Positions 41,338 through 48,287 of a DNA stretch of 48,287 nucleotides are shown piece after piece (the stretch's first letter is position 1; every line of letters starts with the position of its first letter). This stretch comes from an uncultured Candidatus Methanoperedens sp. (GTDB lineage Archaea > Halobacteriota > Methanosarcinia > Methanosarcinales > Methanoperedenaceae), in contig CAYXIP010000001.1 in NCBI GenBank assembly GCA_964465515.1, positions 3,557 to 51,843 on the forward strand, given 5' to 3'. The notes under the pieces are model-generated. The model was not told where the DNA came from. It saw only the letters and a list, made by a program, of their open reading frames with translations, and did no database searches. The position numbers and the translations under genes were made by a program.

Positions 41338-41368
41338 ATGCCTCCATCTTTTGATGGGGGCATTTTTT
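41338..41368 (+). terminator. Hairpin plus T-tract terminator
   Basis: ATGCCTCCATC-TTTT-GATGGGGGCAT followed by TTTTT. Confidence 0.65.
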
Positions 41369-41390
41369 GCTCTAAATATGGAGATTAAAT

Positions 41391-42266
41391 ATGAATGTTT
41401 CAAGGCTTATTTCCATTGAGCACCCATACACGCTCGCCATTGACAAATCCTTATTTAACTGGATGCTTGAGCAGGTCGAGGATGCGCTTCTTCCCGATGA
41501 TGTTCTTGATGGACTGATTAATCCAGCACTGATAGATTCGATGAGCGAACTTGAAGATTACCTGGAGCACAGGTTCGGTGAACTTGATTGGGGCATTAAC
41601 CTGTCATTAAAATACGATAGCAATGTTTTTCCTTATGAGGTGCTGATAGAAATAAGAGGCTCTCATGCCAGAATAAAATTCGTCGCCAGCATACTATCCC
41701 AATACCTGATTAAAAATTCACTAAACCGGGTTCCGCTCGGGATAAAATCTATTACTGATTTAAATGACTGTATGAAAGTCGAACTGTCCAGGTCGAATAA
41801 AATGGAAGCGAAGAAAAGCTTAATTACATTTTTTGGTGGGAGGGATGAAGTAATAAAGGCCATAGACAACAACCCTGCTTTCTGGAAGGCTTTAATGAAC
41901 AGTCATATTTCAAGCAATTACAATATGGTCACGGTTCACAGGAATTACTTTGAGGACCTGCTTGCAGGAAAAGTACCTGCTGGTGAAATAACGATAGAAA
42001 CCCTGGCAAAAAAACCGATCAAGGAAATTCCGCTAAGAGAGATGCTGTTTTTGCTAAAAGAAGTTTATGAGACTTCGGGGGTCGCAGACAGGGTGGATAT
42101 CGATAATGATACTGTAATAGTGTCTCACGGTTATAGAACCAAGGAAGCAGTTGAGAAATTAAAAAAGAGCCTTGCTGTGCTTTTGGAAGCTAACGGTCAT
42201 TTGTATGATGTAAAATCAACAGCCGGTATGATTATGCTCACGCACAGACCCGATGTGGCTCGGTAG
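41391..42266 (+). CDS. Truncated paralog of the 37205-38647 regulator (middle domain only)
   Basis: Collinear from LAID..LF.W to LTHRPDV; lacks RHH and V4R parts. Confidence 0.75.
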   Translation: MNVSRLISIEHPYTLAIDKSLFNWMLEQVEDALLPDDVLDGLINPALIDSMSELEDYLEHRFGELDWGINLSLKYDSNVFPYEVLIEIRGSHARIKFVASILSQYLIKNSLNRVPLGIKSITDLNDCMKVELSRSNKMEAKKSLITFFGGRDEVIKAIDNNPAFWKALMNSHISSNYNMVTVHRNYFEDLLAGKVPAGEITIETLAKKPIKEIPLREMLFLLKEVYETSGVADRVDIDNDTVIVSHGYRTKEAVEKLKKSLAVLLEANGHLYDVKSTAGMIMLTHRPDVAR

Positions 42267-42309
42267 ATTTAAGCTTGAGGGCTTACAAAATAAGATGGGA
42301 GGAATTTGT

Positions 42310-42666
42310 ATGGTGAAAAAAGAGGTTAAAGAACAGCTTGAGATTGCAAGAAAAAGCATGGGCTTCGTGCCCGAGATCCAGCGGTTAGTGGGAGAGCATG
42401 CACCTGCATGGTTTAAGCTTTACCGCGATAGCGATGAGGCTCTGTGGACAGACACGGCTCTTTCTGCAAAAATAAAGGTGCTGATGGCATTAGCTGTCGT
42501 AGCTGGAAGACTCTGTCCCGAATGCGCTGAAATGCAGATGAAGAGCGCAATCCGCCATGGTGCTACAAAAGAGGAGATACTGGATACTCTTGGTGTGGTC
42601 TATGTGACGGCGGGAGCGCCCGGTGTCAATGTCTGCAGGGAAGCGATGAGAAAGCTGCTGAAATAA
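42310..42666 (+). CDS. Carboxymuconolactone decarboxylase/AhpD family protein
   Basis: MGFVPEI, ALSAKIKVLMALAV, CPEC, GATKEEI. Confidence 0.88.
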   Translation: MVKKEVKEQLEIARKSMGFVPEIQRLVGEHAPAWFKLYRDSDEALWTDTALSAKIKVLMALAVVAGRLCPECAEMQMKSAIRHGATKEEILDTLGVVYVTAGAPGVNVCREAMRKLLK

Positions 42667-42745
42667 AGATGGACGATGTGGAATGCGACATCGAAGCTCT
42701 GAAAACTATGGCTACATGAGACTGCGCGGCAAAGAGGAAGAAAGT

Positions 42746-43864
42746 ATGGACAATCTGTATAAGGAGCGTATAAAGAAATGCAACAATCTTATGAAAGAGG
42801 CAGGACTTGATGTTATACTTCTCGCCAAACCTGCCAACATGTTCTATCTCGCCGGCGATGGGCGTTTATGTGCCTATGCCATGATAACCGCGAAAGGTGA
42901 GGTTGCTCTGGGCGTGCCTCAGACAGATGTGGAGGATGTTAAATCTCTGGCATATTTCGATAAAATCGTTGGATTTGAGAGCGAGGTGGGGATGATACAT
43001 TCCATCCGCCATTACTTTGAGGAGTTTGGCATAAGCAAAGGCGCAGTGGGTCTTGAGTACACGTTTCTTACCCAGTCCATGATGGGCATGCTCACCCATC
43101 CCCATGCCAAGCCTGAGGACGTCATGGCGAAGGATTGCACGCATATCATGTCCAGCCTGCGCATCGTCAAGGACGACGAGGAAATCAAAAGGCTCAGGAG
43201 GTCTGCAAAAGTTGCGGATGCGGGCATGGCAGCAGCAATAGAGGCTGTGCGTCCAGGCATAACAGAAAGTCAGGTGGCGGGAGAGGCGGAGTACGCGATG
43301 CGTGATTCAGGAGCGGATGAGTTCTACCGCACCTATGTATCCTCAGGTACTCGCTCCAACATTGCCCACGGGCTGCCCACGCAGCGCAAACTTAAAAAAG
43401 GCGATGTGGTGATGATAGATATAGCTCCGATTGTTAATGGTTACGCCGCTGATATGTGCCGAACAGTATGCGTCGGCACACCAACCGAAAAGCAGAGGGC
43501 TTCCTATGACCTCTTCCTTTCAGCTCAACAGGCGACGATTGCTAAGGTGAAGGCTGGGGTTGGGATGGTGGAGCTTGAAGAGACCCTTTTTGGGGTGTTA
43601 AAAGATGCAGGTCACGGGAAACATATCTTCGGTCCTCCGATCCACGGTGTGGGCATAGAGTTTGAAGAGTCGCCATTACCACCCGGTCATGCCTTTTTCC
43701 ATGGCGAGAAAGAGCCACCACCTCTGGAGGCAAACATGGTCATCTCGGTGGGTAACTGCGGTCTCTACGTGGGGGACTTCGGGGTGCGCGTGGAGGATAC
43801 TGTGGTGGTGGGTGCAAAAGGGCATGAAGTTCTCACCAGTTATCCACGAAGACTGGTGAAATGA
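42746..43864 (+). CDS. M24 family (Xaa-Pro peptidase/creatinase-like) protein
   Basis: NMFYLAG, LRIVKDDEEI, AHG, DIAP..GYAADMCRT, HGVG, GVRVED. Confidence 0.88.
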   Translation: MDNLYKERIKKCNNLMKEAGLDVILLAKPANMFYLAGDGRLCAYAMITAKGEVALGVPQTDVEDVKSLAYFDKIVGFESEVGMIHSIRHYFEEFGISKGAVGLEYTFLTQSMMGMLTHPHAKPEDVMAKDCTHIMSSLRIVKDDEEIKRLRRSAKVADAGMAAAIEAVRPGITESQVAGEAEYAMRDSGADEFYRTYVSSGTRSNIAHGLPTQRKLKKGDVVMIDIAPIVNGYAADMCRTVCVGTPTEKQRASYDLFLSAQQATIAKVKAGVGMVELEETLFGVLKDAGHGKHIFGPPIHGVGIEFEESPLPPGHAFFHGEKEPPPLEANMVISVGNCGLYVGDFGVRVEDTVVVGAKGHEVLTSYPRRLVK

Positions 43865-43987
43865 ATAGGTGATGGCTTTTGCGTTACTAACCGCTGCGTC
43901 AGAAGCACAGGCTCAGAGGCTTTGGGTATTAGCATGATTGCCATAGCAATAGGCATTATGGTTCTAATCCAGAAACGACGGAGCTAA
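43865..43987 (+). pseudogene. Orphan C-terminal sorting-signal-like remnant
   Basis: TGSEALGISMIAIAIGIMVLIQKRRS*: motif, TM helix and basic tail, with no start upstream of the motif. Confidence 0.35.
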
Positions 43988-44085
43988 TGAAAAGATGAGA
44001 ATATGGAAGCCGGAATGAAAACATCACATGAAAGCGATGTGCGCACACTGAAGCTTGTACTGGCAACATTTCTTAGGAGGAGTAA

Positions 44086-44436
44086 ATGATAAAAATAAAA
44101 AGGGTATACGAAGAACCTGATAAGGGCGATGGTTTCAGAATACTGGTGGACAGGCTCTGGCCCCGTGGTTTGAGCAAGGATAAGGTAAAAGTTGACTTAT
44201 GGCTAAAGGATATTGCGCCGAGCGATGAACTCAGGAAGTGGTTCGGGCATGACCCAAAGAGATGGGATGAGTTCAGGCGCAGGTATTCTGAAGAATTAAA
44301 GGATAAAAAAGAAATGGTGGATTTGATTATCGAAAAAGCGCATGGTATAGTCACTTTACTTTACGGGGCAAAAGAGGAGAAATATAACAATGCAACTGCG
44401 TTGAAGGAATACATCGACCGAAGTAAAAAGTTCTAA
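44086..44436 (+). CDS. DUF488 (YeaO-like) protein
   Basis: [40 protein letters not shown]. Confidence 0.93.
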   Translation: MIKIKRVYEEPDKGDGFRILVDRLWPRGLSKDKVKVDLWLKDIAPSDELRKWFGHDPKRWDEFRRRYSEELKDKKEMVDLIIEKAHGIVTLLYGAKEEKYNNATALKEYIDRSKKF

Positions 44437-44636
44437 TTTAAAGAAGTTAGTTCGGAAGAAATTAAAAGATGATAGAAAGATTGTCAGATGTTAATCGCGT
44501 AATCCTGATTAGATTATTTATCTCTGTTAATGCTACTACTGGCATCTTTATACTCAGGCCTGTGACATTAATATTATTTATGGCACAATAACATAAGTAT
44601 ATTGCCCTCATCTTCAATAGTTCAGGACGATAAAAT

Positions 44637-44753
44637 GTGAAAGACAGATACCGCTACTTATTATCAAAAATAATTTCGCATAAAGAGGAGCCACTGCTGC
44701 TGTTGCTTCACTGGGCTGATATGTGGGCGGCGAGTGTGTTGGAGAGGGAATAG
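44637..44753 (+). pseudogene. Remnant of HD-domain protein C-terminus
   Basis: SHKEEPLLLLLHWADMWAASVLERE* with in-frame TAA just upstream of a GTG. Confidence 0.45.
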
Positions 44754-44759
44754 ATTTTT

Positions 44760-45410
44760 ATGCCCTACGCAGCAAATGACAGACAGGAATTCATAAAGCG
44801 GTCAAACCTCGCACGAGATGCGCGAGTCCTTGACCTCGGTGGAATGCTTTCGAATGAACTTCCCTCAGCAGTTTCAGGGGTAGTTACCCCAAGACCGCAA
44901 ACAAATGCGCTCCTCATAAAACCCACGCTTCTGCCGTTTAAAAACTCGGTCTTCAATGCTGTGGTATCCTACCACTACTTCGACCTTATTTCACCTGAAA
45001 ACCTCGGCTTCGTGTTCGAGGAGGCTGCACGGGTACTGGCTCGCGATTCAAGCTTTTCATTTATGGTTCTCCAGTGGGTGGCTCATAGTGAGGCGCAGAA
45101 ATCAAGCCTTATTTTCAATGAGGTATTAAAAAGCACGGGCGCACTCTTCCAGCATGAATTTGAAGGTGTAAGCAGGCAGTTGTCAGAATCGGGTTTCGGT
45201 GAGATAACGATTGAAATCGTGAAAAGGGACATACAGGTACCAGCGGAATATATCAGTGCACATCTTGTGATGCTCGGCAACCTTGTGAAAAAAGAAAAGG
45301 CAGAGGGAAGAGACGGGATCAGAATGCTTGCCAGGCAATATTATAATCAGGCAAAAGCTCACGGAGAAGCCATGCTGCCCGCAGTCCATTTCACGGCAAA
45401 GAAACTATGA
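44760..45410 (+). CDS. SAM-methyltransferase-like protein (degenerate motif I)
   Basis: RVLDLGG, LPFKNSVFNAVV, EAARVL. Confidence 0.65.
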   Translation: MPYAANDRQEFIKRSNLARDARVLDLGGMLSNELPSAVSGVVTPRPQTNALLIKPTLLPFKNSVFNAVVSYHYFDLISPENLGFVFEEAARVLARDSSFSFMVLQWVAHSEAQKSSLIFNEVLKSTGALFQHEFEGVSRQLSESGFGEITIEIVKRDIQVPAEYISAHLVMLGNLVKKEKAEGRDGIRMLARQYYNQAKAHGEAMLPAVHFTAKKL

Positions 45411-45997
45411 AAAAAAAACATCTTGAGATGCTGCTGGAACAACTTTCAGGCTTTGAGTCCCCAAAACCTTCAAAAGAACAATATGCAACGCCTGCAACCG
45501 TAGCAGCCGAATTGTTGCACTTTGCCTTTATGAGGGGCGATATAGTAGATACGGTTTACGACCTCGGCTGCGGGACAGGAGTGCTTGCAATCGGAACAAA
45601 GCTTCTGGGAGCAGAAAAGGTTATAGGTTTTGATGATGATAGGGATGTTCTTGAGACTGCACGGGCAAATGCAAAAATGCTCAACGCTGACGTCGAGTTC
45701 GTATGCAGCCGTATAGACGAAGTCTGCGGGAAAGCGCATACAATAGTCATGAATCCTCCATTCGGTGCCCAGGCGAAGGGAAGCGACCGCCCTTTTTTGA
45801 GGAAAGCCCTCGAAATAAGCGGCGTGGTCTATTCCATACACAACCTCGGGAGCATGGAATTCATAAAAAAATTCATTAGCCCATCGGTCATAACAGGGCA
45901 TAAATTAATCGATTTTCCTATTAAAAGGACATTCAGGTTTCACACAAAGGAAATAAAGGTCATAAAAGTCGAGATATACAGGATTGAAAAAAGATAG
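45407..45997 (+). CDS. METTL5-family RNA methyltransferase
   Basis: FESPK..EQYATPA, DLGCGTG, MNPPFG, VYSIH; upstream of csl4. Confidence 0.9.
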   Translation: MKKKHLEMLLEQLSGFESPKPSKEQYATPATVAAELLHFAFMRGDIVDTVYDLGCGTGVLAIGTKLLGAEKVIGFDDDRDVLETARANAKMLNADVEFVCSRIDEVCGKAHTIVMNPPFGAQAKGSDRPFLRKALEISGVVYSIHNLGSMEFIKKFISPSVITGHKLIDFPIKRTFRFHTKEIKVIKVEIYRIEKR

Positions 45998-46028
45998 AGG
46001 GATAGTTATTAGAATCAAGAGAAGGAAA

Positions 46029-46739
46029 ATGGCAACAAGGAGAAAGCTTGGAAAAGGCGATGTTAGAGAAAAAAAGGAAATGGGAGAAAAAGAGCTTGAG
46101 CTTGAAGAAGAAGTCGAAGAAGTGATACAAGAAGCTGTTGAAGAGCCAAAACCCGAAGAAATTACAAGAGAGCCGGAAGGAAAAGGCAAAACAGTTCTGC
46201 CCGGTGACCTAATTGGAACTTCAGAAGAATTCGCCCCGAAAATCGGAACCTATGTTGATAAGGGGAACATATACGCATCTATCAGCGGGATTGTAAGGAT
46301 AAATACAAAAGAGCGTTCCATTTCCGTCGCTCCTGTCACCAATACACCTCCCCATCTTCAGGTCGGAGATATCGTTATCGGCCAGGTTACAGATGTAAAA
46401 GATTCTGTTGCCCTTGTAGAGATTGCCGGGATAAAAGGCAGAGGAGAACGGGAGATTGTAAACGCAGAGCAGGCTGCAATTCATGTCTCAAACGTGAAGG
46501 ATGCGTACGTTAAGGAATTATACAATGAGTTTGCGCCTTTTGACATCGTGAAAGCGCGGGTGATAGACATGAGGAACATGCGCCTTACCACGGTAAACAA
46601 GGAACTGGGAGTCATGAAGGCTTACTGCGGCAATTGCAGAGCTGTGTTGAAAAAAGATGACGGCAGACTTAAATGTCCTAAATGCGAAAGAACGGAGACA
46701 AGAAAATTGTCCTCTGATTACGGCACAGGTATTATATAG
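46029..46739 (+). CDS. csl4: Exosome RNA-binding protein Csl4 with N-terminal extension
   Basis: VLPGD..EEF, IHVSNV, DIVKARV, LGVMKAYC..C..CPKC.RTETRKLS. Confidence 0.93.
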   Translation: MATRRKLGKGDVREKKEMGEKELELEEEVEEVIQEAVEEPKPEEITREPEGKGKTVLPGDLIGTSEEFAPKIGTYVDKGNIYASISGIVRINTKERSISVAPVTNTPPHLQVGDIVIGQVTDVKDSVALVEIAGIKGRGEREIVNAEQAAIHVSNVKDAYVKELYNEFAPFDIVKARVIDMRNMRLTTVNKELGVMKAYCGNCRAVLKKDDGRLKCPKCERTETRKLSSDYGTGII

Positions 46740-46741
46740 TC

Positions 46742-46759
46742 CCCGTATTTAAATACGGG
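46742..46759. repeat. Perfect 18-bp palindrome between csl4 and rpoL
   Basis: CCCGTATTTAAATACGGG. Confidence 0.8.
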
Positions 46760-46774
46760 TATTCAGGTGATAGA

Positions 46775-47047
46775 ATGGAACTTACAATAATCAACAAGAC
46801 AAAAAATGAGATAAATCTGAGGGTGGCGGGTGAGACGCATACACTGCTCAATATGCTGAAAACTGCTTTGTTGAACAACAAGCATGTCGAGATAGCAACT
46901 TATGACATAAAACATCCCACAATCAGCGAACCTGTGCTTTTCGTGAGGACGGACGGCGCAGACCCGATAGACGTGATAACAAAAGCGTCCAAGGAAATTA
47001 CCAAGGAGTGCGACGAGTTTATTAAGCTTTTTAAGAAAAAAATTTAG
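46775..47047 (+). CDS. rpoL: RNA polymerase subunit L (Rpo11)
   Basis: GETHTLLNML..ATYDIKHP; follows csl4. Confidence 0.95.
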   Translation: MELTIINKTKNEINLRVAGETHTLLNMLKTALLNNKHVEIATYDIKHPTISEPVLFVRTDGADPIDVITKASKEITKECDEFIKLFKKKI

Positions 47048-47183
47048 GGAAAATATATGTTTGCGATCTTATTCACCTTTTCCAACCGCCTATAATCAAA
47101 TAGGTGTTTCTCTAAAGTGCAGTGCTAATATTTACCATGCCCTCGGGCGCTCGGATTTTAATTGCTCTTGCGGAACGGCGCAT

Positions 47184-47875
47184 TTATCTTACTTTTTTCC
47201 TAAATAACCATACACAGAAGACCGTGATCATTCCTCCCAATAATTCAAAAGATGGAATTGATTTTGCAGGGTAGTTTTCATCACGTTGGGTTTTATTTAT
47301 CTCAGGAGTAACTGTGGTTTCGCTATTCTGGGATGGGGTTACGCTCCTGTTTTCATAAACAGTCGCTACCAAAACGGGAGGGGCTGCGAGTCTGAATGCC
47401 ACTGGAACTTCCTGGATGCCTATTTTTTTAGCGTGTTCGTCTATTATAGCATAGATTTCGTCAACAATAGACGCATTCACAGTTGCATTTTCATAAAAAT
47501 CTACATAGATGTAGCCCTCCCAATCAAAACCGTCCGAGATTACAGTCCCATTTGGATGAACATAAGGAAGTATATCCTCTTGTATACCAATTTAATTTTG
47601 TCAAGCTCATCGAGCCAGCCTCGCCTCTCCACATCGGTTGCATACTTGGGTATTTTTCCACGCGTCTCTATAACCTTTGGATCCTTTTTCAACTTTTCAA
47701 AAACTTCAGGACCGAAATCAGGGATAGCTTTATCCTGAAGTTCGGAGTCGTTCAATCCAAGTAGAACACGTTCCGGTATTTCCTTTTGCTCTGAAAAATT
47801 GCTACCATGTGAAGTAACAACTGCAATATTAAGGATTGCAAAAACTCCCATAAAAATATATATCTGTTTTCTCAT
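47184..47875 (-). pseudogene. Secreted surface protein with PGF-CTERM-like tail, split by a 1-nt frameshift near 47592
   Basis: Signal peptide ORF 47540-47875; after KIK the -1 frame reads IGIQEDILPYVHPNGTVISDGFDWEGYIYV and joins 47184-47480, ending PSFELLGG..TM..RKKVR. Confidence 0.7.
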
Positions 47876-47931
47876 TTTTCATTCCTCTATAAAAAGATTT
47901 TTCTTTTTTATGTGCCCGATTTTACCCGCAG

Positions 47932-48102
47932 CTATCGGCTCAGCCGACATCTCAACACAGCCAGTAAAGCCACAATTGTCGAAAGTGCTTCGAATGCAGG
48001 TGTTTTTGGTGTTGTAGTAGTAGGTACTTCTGTCGGTTTCGCTGTCAGAGTCGTATCATTTTGTCTAAGAATGTATCCAAGCTTTGACAGGAATTGGCTC
48101 TC
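47932..48102 (-). pseudogene. Thr-rich linker plus PAF(PGF)-CTERM remnant
   Basis: QNDTTLTAKPTEVPTTTTPKTPAFEALSTIVALLAVLRCRLSR*, in-frame TGA at 48103-48105. Confidence 0.55.
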
Positions 48103-48287
48103 TCATACCATCGGTTATTTTTAATGATAAATTAACTCTACATTTTCGTTAAAAGAAAAACAATTAGCATAGTAAGATATCCGCCCCCTATATTTATTGA
48201 ATAAGAGATATTTATATTAAACAAAGAAGTTATTACCTAAGTTTGACAGTTCCAATTCTTAATGAATGCGTGCTCATCTTATCGAGC

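Larger units (their letters stand above)
37347..42258 (+). repeat. Dispersed ~828-bp direct duplication (37347-38174 vs 41431-42258)
   Basis: Equal-length copies with identical tracts, e.g. CATATTTCAAGCAATTACAATATGGTCAC and TTCACAGGAATTACTTTGAGGACCTGCTTGCAGG. Confidence 0.85.

Noticed and set aside
38645-42272. Pyrrolysine readthrough at the TAG stops of the two regulator paralogs
   Set aside because: In-frame TAA follows within 2-9 codons, and similarity of the short copy ends before its stop
47048-47183. GC-rich patch after rpoL as tRNA or ncRNA
   Set aside because: No cloverleaf, T-loop or extended stems found
47585-47600. Programmed -1 ribosomal frameshift
   Set aside because: No in-frame X XXY YYZ slippery heptamer; simple indel is more likely
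462-47764. Many long antisense or alternative-frame ORFs (e.g. 462-1226, 5137-5826, 6133-6804, 32740-33555)
   Set aside because: Shadows of well-supported genes, with no motifs or SD

Overview
Archaeal chromosomal segment. Gene content (methanogen-type SerRS, geranylgeranyl reductase, PGF-CTERM-like tails, multiheme cytochrome c plus cytochrome b, bacterial-type thl-hbd-crt) suggests Methanosarcinales, most likely a Ca. Methanoperedens-like (ANME-2d) organism; this is an inference. In order: the end of a cobalamin operon (cbiF-G-H-C); two stacked toxin-antitoxin-like pairs; the S10/spc-type ribosomal superoperon (rpl3 to secY); mixed housekeeping and metabolic genes (GGR with ferredoxin, SAMP/MoaA, thiolase-Hbd-crotonase, serS, HerA-like ATPase, ThiC family, NOG1); an accessory electron-transfer island (RHH/V4R regulator, three paralogous small membrane proteins, 7-heme cytochrome c, cytochrome b, truncated duplicate regulator); then csl4-rpoL and decayed surface-protein genes. 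The most unusual signal is a 185-nt, almost fully hairpinned element between rps17 and rpl14. It is bounded by two GAGGTG...ATGA units, carries an open 62-codon frame coupled at both ends, contains twin co-varying hairpins, and ends in a stem that buries the rpl14 SD and start codon. A structured ~190-nt rpl3 leader and a shared CGTAT-N4-ATACG palindrome (before rpl3 and rpoL) are also notable. I saw no tRNA, rRNA, CRISPR array or intact transposase. All product calls come from motif recognition by eye, not database searches.
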